Positions 27,002-40,902 of a stretch of DNA of 64,000 nt are shown here, in pieces. Source of the DNA: Spironucleus salmonicida (lineage: Eukaryota). The first letter of the stretch is position 1. Each line of letters opens with the position of its first letter. The notes beneath the pieces are model-generated. The model was not told the DNA's origin and ran no database searches. It saw nothing but the letters and a program-made list of their open reading frames with translations. The position numbers and the translations under genes are program-made. The stretch covers positions 496,001 to 560,000 of the forward strand of contig NC_090598.1 of NCBI RefSeq assembly GCF_000497125.1, written 5' to 3'.

Positions 27002-27319
27002 TCATTGTTGCTCTAATTATTTTTCTTGCAATAAAGGCTCCTTTTCGAGTTTAGACGCAGCGGATTATTTTTTACTTTTAACAATAACAAACGCCGCTAT
27101 AAATATAATTACTAAAAAGAAAACTACACCCATACTGATTCCAATAATGAGATCTTATTGTTCTTCTTTGATACTTACACATTCATTTTCTACAATCTCA
27201 TATCCGTCTTAGCAATCAGCACATTTATTATCTTTAAGATTAAAATGAGGATTGCAATTTTCACAAATCGAATTCACCTCATTAGTACAAGATTGGCAAT
27301 TTACTACATTGCAGGGCAT
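27002..27319 (-). CDS. Mini cysteine-rich membrane protein (105 aa)
   Basis: MPCNVVNCQSC...; same Cys spacing as its neighbour, TM, tail ...LEKEPLLQEKQLEQQ*. Confidence 0.85.
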
Positions 27320-27775
27320 TTTTAATAAAACATAAAGTATACACTATACTATAATATATACTATAAATCTATACTAAAATTAATTTCAGATAATTTTTAA
27401 TTAATCTCTACGTAAATAAAACTACTTCTAAATAGGTTAATATGTAAAAGTACATTTATTACTAATCCGGTACATTAAATTATATCTAAGGTTATAATGC
27501 GTAAGCTTAGACTATTTTAGTTTTAAACCTTGATATTAATAATTAGTATCATTTATATTTTTATTCTATCTAAGAAATTAAGATAACATATTTAATATAT
27601 GAAATTATTTAATTTATGTTATAGCTTATTTGTAGTTAGATTACTACTAAAACTAAATTTAAATGTAAAATATGATCGCTCTAAAGAGCACTACTACACT
27701 TTATCATAATAGCATCTCTTTATAAGAATAAATAAACTAAATTATTATTCTATTTTTAAATAAAACCGTATTATC

Positions 27776-27944
27776 ATACTCGCATCGAGGTAGAGGCCGC
27801 CTACCCTAGACTGCTCACCAATACCCAACGTCCCACTTTGCACCTTTACGACTCCAGAAGTCTGCATCGGCACCTCCGCCATGCACATATACCTTAACAT
27901 CGTTCAGCGCGCCCTTGCAGCAAAAGTCAATCCCGATTAGGTCA
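27776..27944. repeat. Inverted duplication, left copy (169 bp; partner 40719-40902)
   Basis: Reverse complement matches 40719-40902 apart from 4 substitutions and a 15-bp deletion. Confidence 0.95.
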
Positions 27945-30900
27945 CTTTGAATTTCGGTTTATTAAATTTACGCAACAAAGAAATAAATAAAGTGTTCTTA
28001 ACAGAAATCATCAGAATTATAATCTTCTAATATCAATTTGTCATTAATTTTTGCACCACGCAACCGATAGTCAAAATATCCTATTAGAAATGGTGGTGGG
28101 CCGTCTACGAATCCAAGTTTTCCATCACAATAAACTGGACTCTTCGTTGGTTTTATTACAGTACCACAAACTTTTAAATTGAGTGCACTGCACTTAAAAA
28201 TCATCTATGCATTGAAAATTTACAGGAAAAACAACATGTCACCAATTACATTATAAAAGCATATTCCACGCATACCAATTGCTTCGTTATGCATGAATAC
28301 AATTTATTCATTTATTTTCGTAAATTAATGCGCATTAAAATCTATTTTTTATAGTGAATTTTCTATGAATTTTTATAAAGGAAGTGGCACGAGATCATAA
28401 AATTTAAGATAATTAGTTACCACATTACTAGCTTATTATAAGCTTTCAGAGAAGATAAACCTAGCATCTTCAGGCATTAAATACGTTGTAAAGTCACGGA
28501 AAATTTGAATAAAATTATTAGGACTGAAAACATTAAATGGTTGATTTTACAAGCTTTCTGGACGCTCATTTTGAAGCTTAGAAAATTGTTAAAATTTGGC
28601 TATTATATCATGTAAAGTGAGCTTATCAGGCATGTCCATTAAAGTTTCAATTTCCTTATTATTTTTAATTTCTACTCCCTCTACGAAATTCGACATTGAT
28701 CTCACAAGTTCCTGTTAGCAACTCAAAAATTCATTTTTCTTGAATTTTATCATTAACATAAGAGTTTCAACCTAAAAGCATAATTCTTAATCCTGCACTT
28801 CTTCTAATCCTCTGCTCATCTTGATACTAAAATCCACACATATGAAAGTTAAAATACGTAAGACATCGCTAGTTAGTGCAGTTAGTGCAAGCTATTAGGT
28901 AAGTAATAACCCGCTGGATACCATCATAGCATGAGCGAAACATGCAACAATATCTTTTGGTCGTTCAACATAAACTATTTCTGGGTTGTAAATTGCTGTA
29001 AATTAAGATATTTAGAGTCCGCTTAAGGTGGAATTACCTGTATTTTTCTAATATTATATAGGTATCAAAACCCATAATAAATGAGATATCTCTACAGACT
29101 ATTATTTAATTTAGATAAGATAATCTAGTGCAGTTTTTACGTCGGCGGTAGCATCTACTAAAATCGAACTGATACTCAGTTAAATAGCACTTGGGGCGAT
29201 AGTTTTAACTACCGGTGCAAATTCAGTAATTTCAAGTTTATGAATCAAGTTTATTACTGTGGAAATAGCCAACCCTTCATCAAAGAAAATAAGCACTGTT
29301 TTACTCGTTTTTAATGAATTTCTGGCAGTTTAGGATAGAACTGATGGAAGATCAGAAAGAAAAGTTGGTGGGATTTGAAACTTATTTAAGAATTCCTCAT
29401 ACTTTATATATCTCTATTATTAGCTATGTTATAGGGCCTTGAAAGGCGAAATAGGAATTATCTCATGGTATCTCTGAAAAGTGTGTTAAATTGACTGCTT
29501 TTAGCATGTTATTGACAGCAACATGGCAGAAAAAATCGCTTCATTAGAAGGTTACTGTAGATTGTAAGGAAGTGAAATAGGAAGCTTTTACAGTGAATTG
29601 ATAAGGTCTATTGGGAAAAGCTCTACAGCTCTATTATGCATTTTATATATGTAACACCCTAAAATAGTATCAAAGCTTGACTTTGAGAGCATCAATTTTG
29701 CAAAAATTGAATGATTCTCATCGAAAAATTGAAACCATTCTTAGAAACGCTAAAATTCTAGCGAACAGCAGAAGTCTTTCCATGATTGATTTAGTGAAGA
29801 AACGGCTTCAAAAACTGGAGGTTTTATCTGATTTTCATGCAAGTTGAGCTTAGATAGTGCATCAGTGTCAGTTTCTTGCTGAACGAGTTTTGTAGTGTGG
29901 AAAACATGCTTCAAAATGAATTCGTCGTGAATGTTGGCAAAGCCAAAAGGAATAGAATAATACAAATAACAAATTAAAGTGTATGGAAGTTAATATTTTT
30001 CAGGCAACATAACTACAATTTTTTCTAAATAAAAAGACAAGCTATTTAAGATGAGTTCTAATTTCATATTTTTGGTATGTGAAATCTGCATCTTTTTGTC
30101 AATGAAATGTTTGAAATCAGTAGTGAAATTGTCCTGAAAAACTACGCTAAGTGGAGGATGAACCTTTTAAAGCTACGCAGTAAAGATTAGGACTGCAGTA
30201 AGACCTTGTGCAATGTAGTTTGTAAACTTTGTTGTCTGTTTGTTAATTTCCGATTGCTTGAAAACTTATATTCTCGATTCCATATTGTTCTCAATTCTTG
30301 TTATAATTAAATTAATTTACTACTGTTAATTGAGAGAAAATTTTGCCAAAAGATCAGTTTCAACTAAGATTTTCGAAAGGTCTACCATATCTTATTTATA
30401 TTCCAAAAATATCATCCTGAGTTATGAAAAAAGACACGATTCTCGCTCCTATGGTTAAAGCGAAAATCCCTACAAGTCCTTTGAGAGCTTATTCACGATT
30501 TCACGATGTGCTATTCGCCGCCCGGGCTTATTAAAAGTCTTCAAAATGTTCTAAAAAGTGTGAAATACATTGAATTGAGGTCTAACAACTATTGATGCGT
30601 CATTGAGCTACTAGTTTGCCAAACCTGAAGATACCAGATGCTCGAAATCGATCTATGAGTCCAATGAGTAGTAAAAACAATACCTATGAAGTGCCCGTGG
30701 AATCACCATTTTGAGCGTCCCTAGGTTTAGGTTTTGTCCCCGTTTTGTGATACGACTCTGCATCAAAAGTGAAATTTTCTTGAGCAAAACATTGTTCTCA
30801 GCAGGAGCCTCTCGTGCTGAAAAATTGATAAAAAGAACAGGAAGTTGTGCCTCGAGTGACGAGCGCAATGCAAGGCTGAACTTTTCCACTCCAAATAAGC

Positions 30901-33900
30901 AGTTCACAACACTAATATTTCCATCCCTTTTCCAGTATTTTTCACTCATTTCCACACATTACCTTACAATATCGAAATGAATAAACGAGAACTAGATCTT
31001 GAGCGCTTGGGATGCGATTAGACCTATAATTTCGTTCAAAAAATTCTCCTGCAGAAGCCCACTTTCAACAAAGTCCGAAAATTCGAAATTTGGTGCCAAA
31101 TCTTCTGCCAAAAGCCCCAAAAGCCGACTATTAAGTCCACTAATATTATTGTTGACATCGCTGATGAACTCGAATTTAGACTCAATTTCAGTAATTTCGA
31201 GGCCGCGCATCAAATTGTTCATCACAGAAACGCTATTTTCTGGAAGCGAGCAACATGTGATTTTTTCCATTTTCAGGGTTTCCTATAACGCTATTTCGAA
31301 CAACGTCTCGTTTTTCAGGTCAGACCTGACAAACGGGAAATAAATCAGTCGCGCCGCAATCATCACGCCGTCTATGGCAGCGTTCTTGATGAAGGTCACA
31401 GAGCGCTGCACGTCTGCCTAGAGCTTGGTATTCACATCTTTGAGCTTCTGCAAAAACTGCAAAGCCACCCCTTATTCCGATGGTGAATATCGCTTATTCT
31501 GCTCGATTTGCTGGATCGTATCAACGACTATAGTCACAGAATCCAAGAATCTGACTGCGTGCCGAATTCGCTTATTGACGATTTTGACAGCAATTTTGCC
31601 AAATCGATTCAGCGAAATCGCCATAAAATTGGACCCGCAGTGGTCGTTGCAAAATTGGAAAACTGCCAATAAGCCTTTGCAATAGATTTCAGTGTAGCTT
31701 TTGATCTGACTTTCACCTGATATAACGACGCCTGGAACCTTCAATTTTTTGATGTTAACGACAGGCACTTTGGTCATTTTGAAGAGGCTGTAGAGCTGCA
31801 AGCGGTCATTTTCACCCGCCAAAAATGCGTTCAGACGCTGCTCGACCACCGCATGTCGGCCTACTGGGTTGATTGGAATGCGCAAATTCGCAACAATTTG
31901 GAGGTCTGAAACAAGCGAAATACCGAACGAGCGGGACGCAATGCAAAGGACTTGGCGTACGCTGAAGGTGCCTTAAAACCCAAAATTTAGGGCTGCCAGT
32001 TTGCAGATAATCTGCAATTCCTACGCCGTAAAGAGATCGCAAATTGATGCCGCATTTTGAGCGATTTAGATTACCGAAACGAGTGTGGAAGCATCTGCAT
32101 TAGAGTACAATTATGAAAGCGGGGCTATGATAAGGACGTCGATTGGCTCTTGAAGAAGCGAAAATTAGAGTAAGTTTGCGAGTTGCGGATTTGCGTTGGT
32201 CTTTTTATATGAAGGCTATGCATTTTACTGAGAGTCTAAGTGTGGAATCGACTGTTCGATGACATTTTCGATGGATGGTAGGTCAGATGGGACCTAGAGT
32301 CCGGGTGTGATTTTAATATTTTCAGGCTACTTAAGGTCGATCAGGCCTAAAATAGGAGAAATTCCTAGCGCCTAACAAAATGCCGCACGTATCACATACC
32401 CAACTGCTTTTATCTCACCTTTTTCTTGTACACAATGGAATAGTGATTTTGTGAGCTAGTTATCAAATTTCTTCTTCCCTTAATGCTGCTTTTCAGATAA
32501 ATCTTTTGTGACAGACTGCAAAAGTGTCATAACATCTATTAACATACGGCGATGACGCCTTCCATGTATATTATGTTGATACTCATAATCTACAGTTGAT
32601 AATGTGCTGGCAGCAGATGACATCTGAGACGAAGAAGATGATATTGAACTTGAATTTGAAGAAGTCGCAGAACTTACATCAGTAGAAGATTCACCTAATG
32701 ACTCTTCATCTTCTAAGCGTTTTGAGTTAATTTAAGCAAAAAGCTTTTGATTAGAAATCATATAATTCCCCAGTGTCGCTAAAAGTTAAATTTAGTCATG
32801 ATAGTAACCAGAAGGCATCTAAAAAGAGTAAAAAATATAAGAAGGTATTCGAAATTAGTCTTCTAACGCAAAAATTTTATCAGGATTCCCAGATTTCAGT
32901 GCCTAAAAATAGTGATACAATGTGCGAGCGTTCCGCTCTAATTGTTATTACAAATTCAGGTGCATAACTAACATTCTGTTACACAAAGTTGGATCCATTT
33001 GTTTGCAGAATTAGTTAAACATAGCAACATAAAGTTTGAAAATAGCAGGGTCTACTGCATTTAGTTTTGAATTTAATACCATCTATTTTCGGAACTTTCC
33101 TTAAGCTTCCAGGATTTCAAGCTTGGGCTTTTCTTACTTTTTGGTATCTGATTTCTATACTTCAATTTCGAGCTCACTATCTTCTGAATCATCCTCTGTT
33201 TGGGTTTAAATAAATTTGTCTGCGTATTCTCGTGCAGTTTCAAGGACCTCAATTTCCCATTCAGTATACTGCGAAATTCGCATTTTTTAGAATTTTTCAG
33301 GTTCAGATTGTGCCAAGTGTATCATATATTCTGTATCTAAGCCACCCCAAAAAGAATTTTTGTCTAAAAGTTTGATACTGAGCGCTGTTTTTATCTCGTC
33401 CATAACACGCAAAAGATGATAGGATTATATCGATGGAAGTGATCTAAGGGCATTAAGAAATAGAGACAATCCAAAAGTCATCATTTATGTATCTTCTTTA
33501 GTAGTATAAATTGCACATTTACGCATTTCTGTGATAATTTCATAAAATGTACAAGGTAGGAGAGGTAAAAGCTTGCATAAACCCTTAATAAACTCTTAAA
33601 TGAAATAAAGCTCGAGCGTAGGATCTGCTACTTAAATTAATGTAATCATTTAATCCTCTTATATATCTTCTACACAAAAACAAAGCATTTGACTCTACGA
33701 TAAACTTGGAGGAACATTTGATGCTTCTATAATTATACTAAGTGCAGGTAAACTTGTCTTACCACTATATTTACTGTGATATAAGTTATCAAATTTGAGC
33801 TAGCCATACCCACTAGGATGTGCCAAAATTAATTTCTATCCGAGAAAATAACCATATTAGTCTAATTTGAGTGGTTTATCCATTACCTAATTCGTATCAC

Positions 33901-36900
33901 ACATAGTAATAATATATGTCTAGCAACGTTTTAAAGGTGAATAAATATTATTATCCGCCCTAGTAACGTTTCTTTACAATGTAGTATTAATAAACAGACT
34001 GAAATCTGAAATTGCAGCGAGTGCAAAATAATTTGATTCTATAAATCCAGGAACAAGCGATAATACTGCTTTGATAAGTGATGACTTTCCAGATTTATCT
34101 TTACCTACTATTGCAAAAGGAACACCGGCGAGAACAGCAGCACATAGGAATGGTATCCCCATTGACATTTTAGGAGATAAAGAAATAGGAAGCTCATAAT
34201 TAACGTCAGGATTAGTTAATTTAGCTATAAAAGGGTTCATAAGTAAATTTTCACCAAATTTAAAAATAGTCCAAATGAGAGAATCAGGCGGGGATAATCG
34301 AGATGATAATTTTTCTTATTCAGAAAAGTCATCAAGTGGTTACTCATCAATTTTATCTTCTAATTTTTTCTACAACTACTCGCCTTATACCAGACAAATA
34401 TAAGACATATGATTTTCTGGAAATGGAAAACTCTTTAAAAATTCGACAGTAAAAGGCTGAATTTATAGTTCTTTTTGGATGGCCTGATTTTCCGTAATTC
34501 CTGCAATGCACGCATCATATACATTTTTACACTGCTCATAATTCGAATTATTTGCCCATACCATAACAGGGAAAAATGCATTAATAACTCCAGCAAAGAC
34601 AGCTAATGTAAGTGAATTTGTTATTTTCTCTAATGATAATCTCGAATATAAAAAATCTGAATTAAAATTAAATTCATAGAACTGAAACCTATCATCGTTC
34701 ATTGTGAAACTGGGAATTTAATAGCTTGATAATGGAAATTCTATAACAGATTTGTCTGGAACTATATTTGAAATGATTTCTTTATATTGGAAGTCAGTAA
34801 GCTATGCTATACCAACTACGAAGTAAAATAGGGACAATAGACTTCTAAAAACTTTCCATGTTCTTAAATCTAGGTTGAGAGAAGAATTTTAATACGCAAT
34901 TTTGCTTAGATATATAGTAAGCTTGCGTACTAAGTTCATCCCAATGTCAATAAGCTATTAGTGATTAATTTTTTCCTAAGCTTATTCATTTGTGTCAACT
35001 TAACTTATCTATGCCAAGTATTTTATATAGTCATCGCTATTTGTATAATTAAATTATGTGTATTGTTGTAATTTAAAAAATTAACTTTGCAATTTAAGAG
35101 GCCTGTAAATGAACTGATCTAGCAAATAATCTACATTATACATATTTTAATCAAAAATAATTCTTCTTTATATGAGACTCAAAGGAGTATCCTGAATATC
35201 AATATTCACCATTGAATTGATTAAACAAATAATTTTTGGTTTTTTTTCAATATTAATAAAACGTCCATCTGAGAGTTAAATTGCTTACTTATAACAATGA
35301 AAATTAACTAAATTTTTGAATAAACTTTTAGCCATATCCCCTTAAATATCTTGAAATACAAAAATCAGAACACACTCTGTTGTAGCTGATAATATATCTT
35401 TATAACACATATCAATATCAGCCTATGAAAATATCCAAAAAGGTTACCATTTATTCTAAGTATAAAGTTTTTGAATAAATAAACTTGCCATCTATTATGC
35501 TTTGCTAATAACTGCCACACTACCTAAACGTGTATAAAATTATAGTAATTCATAACTAAAGCAGCCAGTTTCACTAAGATCAGAGTGCTACTTTACCTCT
35601 TTAAAATCTTTAAAAGAATATTAAGTATCCTCTATTTGAACACCAAATGCACTACTTACTAAAATAGAATAACTAGCTTTCAAATCATCACTTTCACATT
35701 GCATTTATAAAAAGCAAATGGTAGATTTTGCAACAGAAGTTTCGTTTTTATCCTAAATTCTAGCTAGAATGAAAGAAATATCCTATATTTATAAGCATGG
35801 ACAGTTCATACCAGTTAGGCAGCAAATTATAAAGTTAAAAGCTTCTCCATAAGTTTTAGCTGCTTATGTTACCATATCTTTAATAGGTTATGGCACATTG
35901 ATTTTAATTGATTCAGTAAAAATAGTACAAATTTTATTGGTTTAATCTGTATTTTAAAGGTCATTAGAAACATTAATAGCTTATGTTGGCAAGAAAATTA
36001 CAATAGAACCTTGAGAAGTTGCGAAAGGCTTAGAACCATTCTTTAACAGCTAAGACACAAATTGCATCTCCACTGCTTACTCTTTTCTTAAAAATTCACA
36101 TCCAGCTATATAAATTATATAATTTTAATTTAAAAATAATGTTAAAGTTGTATTTATGAAGACAACACTATCAAACTCAGAAAATGTAAGAGTAATAAAT
36201 TTTTACCCTAAAAACCTACTAATACACCTAGTTATTAATGCAAATTCTTTCACATCATACTTAAATATTCGATCTGTCTATATGAGTATCATAGTTTTTG
36301 TTTTCATAGCGCAAATAAATTTTTCAGTTATCTCTAACTTAAAAGCAGGGATTTCGTAAGTTTCTTCTGGTTTTGCATCACCTAACCAGTGAATTTATTC
36401 AAAAAATATTTTTTATAAAAATTTCGACGTTGATCCATATGATTTTTCGAATGGTAAATGTGAGGATATGTTTTCATTAAATCTTGATGTTAATGCTTAT
36501 TTTGTTAAGTTATCTCTATTAGAATTTGGAAGCAGAGCTAATAATTTTTTAATTTAGTCTTTATGTAAAAATATTACAGTATGCACAATAGTCTAATACG
36601 GAATTTTACTAATATACTCCTCATATTTTCCATCAGAAAGTAACTATTACGCTCTTTTTTTCTAGGAAATTAAATTTAATGACATAATATCATCTGTTAT
36701 CTTGATTACAGGTTCATTGAGCATTAGCTATTCCTGACCTTATTATAATCCTGTGATACACTAATTATCATCGATGATTTATGGTGTAAAATATTCTAAA
36801 TGATCTCCATTTAATACAGAATCGTAGTCTATTTCTTCTAAAGCTGGATAAAAAATCTCGTCAATATTTTCTAAAGTTGTATTTAGCTTAAATATAAGTT

Positions 36901-39900
36901 GCTAATGTTGTTAAATTACGGAAAACATAGTTTTAGCTTAAAGGAATTATGACTGTATTTTAATTACATCCAAAAAATCATCTTAAAGTTTTTTGATTGT
37001 AACCTAAAATAACATACTCTATGACTTAGATTTACAAAGCATAATAATATTATGACTTCTAATTAATACCATACTCAAACTTAATAATTATTAAAGTGTG
37101 TGCTCTATTTGTCTAGACTATTTAGTGACCTAGCTATTTGGGTTACATCCAATAATTTACTAAACACGATACAATTTTTCATTACAATAATTTTCTATAA
37201 TAGTTTTAGGCATTATAAATTTAATTGATTTAAATTTATCATTTTAAGAAATTGAAGGCGAAAGAAAAACTAAATTTTAATTTATAACTACAATTTCAGC
37301 TTAACTAATATAAAGGGAAATATCATTTAATTCTAATGAATAATTATAATTAGATAAATCTCCTTAATAAAGCTAAAGTAGATAGTCAAGTCTATACTTC
37401 TGCTAATTGCTATCGTTAGAAATATATTTAGCACAATTTATCAACCTGTCAGCCCCTATTTGAAAACCGATAGTTTAGGACATTGAATTAAATGTTTACT
37501 GTGATAGAAATTACTTCTTTAAAATATCTAAATATAAAATCTTAGGCATCATGTTTATAATTTTTTATTCATATAAATTGGAATATTATCTCCATGATTC
37601 ATATTTTTCTTACTCTTTTATTATTTTTATTGACTTACAAATTTCTTCTCCTGCTTCTAATAGTCGGTAGGTATCGACATTTGATAAATTTTCTGATAAA
37701 CAATTCTCAAAATCCTTGTTGAATACTTTAAATCCTAATAGAATTCTAATAATAGGCTCAATTTCATTTCTAATTTTCTTTGGATGCAACACTAAAAAAC
37801 ATTCTACCCCTAAAACCTGGCTCCAACGCTCTAATAAATCTGATATTTTGCTAGTCAAATCTAATAACCATATTATCTCTTGAAACACTTTATCTAGATC
37901 AATTGGTTAATCTCTAATATAACATTAGTCTTTTATTTTGAATAAGTCTACACCGCAACCATTGATAACACCCTATATAAATAGATCTGTGTCAACTCCT
38001 TTTTGTTCGAAAAAGTCTTCCACTTAATCATAAGTAATATTTGTACATATCCAGCGATATTTTCGCTTAAAAAATGTTTCATTTCTGTCTTCCAAAACAT
38101 CATTTGTTAGCATCAAAACATCTTTGATGATCAAATCAACTTAGCTGATGTAAAAATGTACTAAATCTGCCAAATTTAATGTAAATTTGCTAAAAATTCG
38201 CTACTTAACTGAGAATTAATTCTGAAGCTAGACTTTTTTACGCTTTAGGTCTATAAGTGCTTGGTAAATTGCAGCAAAATCAAATTCCTCCTAATATATA
38301 TAAGAATCAGTATTTTCCATCACCAAATTAAAAAGCTAGTTAGTTTTTATTAGTTCTTCTACGATGAAATCATCTACTACTGTCAGTTCTGCTATAACTG
38401 CAACAAGAATATCTGGTGTCTAAGGATCCTGTGCTAGTAATTGAGTCGATTTTTGAATTCCAATGTAAATTTACTCCATTTTTTCCATGATAACATTATT
38501 GTTTTATTGATAAAGTTACTATTACTTCGCCTTCAAATCAGCCTTTTACTTCTCAATAATGACTCCAAAATCGAATTCAACGCAGTAACATGCAACAATT
38601 CTCTCAACTTTGCCAATAAGAATCAAAATGTGGTCAAAGTCATCAAATTTCACAATATTTGCAATCTAATTTTCAATTACCAATAACTATCCAATAACTA
38701 AATTAAACTTATCATCAATTTTGTCCTTAAGCTTAAAAAATCGATCATCCTAAAAGTCATAGGTTATGCCGAATGACAAAAAGTCATTTTCATCCTGAAA
38801 ATCATTTATTTTATCATTCTCGATAAGCGAGTAAATACCATAATATTCAGCAGTTAAAAGTATTTTTTAAATATTATTGAATTTTTTGTCTAAAATATCC
38901 ATCAAGTCTTGATTTTAACACAAAATTCCTGCTTTTAGTTTGTCCTGAATAATATCATTTTGCAGTAGATGAAATACATGGGGGATATAAAAAGGCAACT
39001 AAAATCGTTAAATAAGCTATTAAACTATATCTGAATAAATTTTATCTATATCATGATCAAGGCTGTTTATCGTAATTTTTAGCTACATAAATTTTTATGG
39101 AGAATTGAAAAAGCTAATCATGCATTCCTAAAAGAAGAGTGAAAATTCATTTCTAGTGATATTAATCATTACACGATATAATTGTAACATTGCATTAAAA
39201 TCTAGTTAATACGTTTATACTAAACTTTCCATATTTTTACGGATTTTAAATGCTAAATAATCTTAACTGCAGAAATCGTCTGCGAAACCGTTGACAGATA
39301 GAAACAATGAAAGGTCTTCGCTAATAACTTCAGAATTATCAGTTATTGAAATAATATCCAGAAAATCATAAATATCGTATTTTATCTTTAGAAATATTTC
39401 ATTAAAGTCACATTTTAGTATATCAATTTTTTGATGTTGAATGTGTGGTTCCTGTATGAAAAACCCTAATTTAACTAAATTTCTACCCTCTTCAGATGTC
39501 ACATTTTGGCTATTAAGTGCTAAACATTTTTCCGTAAAAATACGACGCATTTCGGCTATTAATGAGGTTAACAACTTTTAATCAAACCTATATTTTTTGA
39601 TAATGTTAGACAGACGAAATGCTGAGTCAGGAATAGAAATAAGATACTAATTTAGCGTGCTCGAAGGTAGAACCTATGTTCGTAATGACTAAAGAGAAAC
39701 AAATTCTGTAAATTTATAAGTAAGAGTTTAGTATGTTATTTTTGCCGTTCGTTTAAGGAAATTAATATAATCAACAGTCACAGGAATTGTGAATGTCGGT
39801 GTATAATAATAAAGGTATTTAGCTGAAGAATTATCATTCAATTAAAATGGGATATTTTCGTAATTTTATGTTGGAGATTCCTTAAGTTAATCTAATATTG

Positions 39901-39922
39901 CCGGAGGCTATTTAAGTGGCAT
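27815..39922 (-). CDS. Highly divergent dynein heavy chain-like protein (~4035 aa)
   Basis: Nine supplied ORF fragments over 12 kb share one frame with ATG 39922 and TGA 27815 (not every codon checked). AAA3-like VPFAIVGKDKSGKS..IIYSPLKR..IITMCDTN, AAA1/AAA4-like remnants, and a C-terminal FWSRKGA resembling the dynein W..RG end motif. Confidence 0.75.
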
Positions 39923-40193
39923 TTTTATTAAAAATAAAATCTATAATTTTTATATTATAATAAATATATTATCCAAATTTTCAGGACATTAATAATACTA
40001 TATTATATTAAAACAGGCATACTTATGTTTATGTTATTCCGTACTTAATTAATTCTATTCCATTACGATTTTATTAAACATATTTATTTTTAGCTTAAGT
40101 GTTAATCAAAAAATTAATACAATTGGCAAAAAGAATTGTATACTCACTTATTATATAATACATATACTTATAAGAATTTTCTCACTTTATATT

Positions 40194-40502
40194 ATGTCTT
40201 GTCAAATAGAAAATTGCTAAACTTGTGAGGATCTCAATGTTTGCACCTAATGTCAAGTTGAATATCTATTAATGGATAACAAGTGTTAGGACTGTTCGGA
40301 AGGATATAGATTTAGTCAAGGTCATTTATGTGTTAAAATTGAAAAAGCCGACCAGCTTATTGGTATTCTTTCTGCAGGTGTTATTGCCGTTATTATAATT
40401 ATTGCAGGAATAATTATATCTTTCAGATTAATTTAGAAGAAAAAAGCAGATAAGGAAAGATAACCATTGGTTGATGCTGAGTAGTAAAATGAACTGATCT
40501 GA
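40194..40502 (+). CDS. Mini cysteine-rich membrane protein (102 aa)
   Basis: MSCQIENCQTC...; 8-Cys module, TM, tail KKKADKERQPLVDAE...*. Confidence 0.85.
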
Positions 40503-40718
40503 TTTTAAACAGTTAGCTGGATTTAATTAACAGGTAAAAATATATTATATAATATTCACTACGTAAGAATATATCATTTTATTATTTAATATTTTTATTT
40601 GCAAGAAAGCCTTAACTCCACTATCAACGTATAATTCATAACCTTCAATATTCTAATAATATGCATTCTTTACTTAAAATATACTGATATACTGTAAAAT
40701 AATATAAGTAGCATATAT

Positions 40719-40848
40719 TGATCTGATCGGGATTGACTTTTGCTGCAAGGGCGCGCTGAACGATGTTAAGGTATATGTGCATGGCGGAGGTGCCGATGCA
40801 GACTTCTGGAGTCGTAAAGGTGCAAAGTGGGACGTTGGGTATTGGTGA
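40719..40848 (+). pseudogene. Orphan 3' fragment of the dynein-like gene
   Basis: Reads DLIGIDFCCKGALNDVKVYVHGGGADADFWSRKGAKWDVGYW*, the same as the dynein C-terminus; no in-frame ATG after the previous TGA. Confidence 0.85.
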
Positions 40849-40902
40849 TCAGTCTAGGGCAGGCGGCCTCTAACGTATTGCGCGCTACCTCGATGCGAGT
40901 AT
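40719..40902. repeat. Inverted duplication, right copy (184 bp; partner 27776-27944)
   Basis: Direct sequence match. Contains an ATG-less copy of the last ~42 dynein codons abutting the stop of the 40849-41286 gene. Confidence 0.95.

Noticed and set aside
27998-39574. Many small separate genes or a decayed pseudogene
   Set aside because: The fragments share one frame and are separated by TAA/TAG, which encode Gln.
40719-40848. Trans-spliced dynein exon, as in Giardia split DHC genes
   Set aside because: The main ORF already has this C-terminus, no branch-point/AG acceptor motif was seen before the fragment, and the copy extends past the stop into the neighbouring gene, which fits a DNA duplication.
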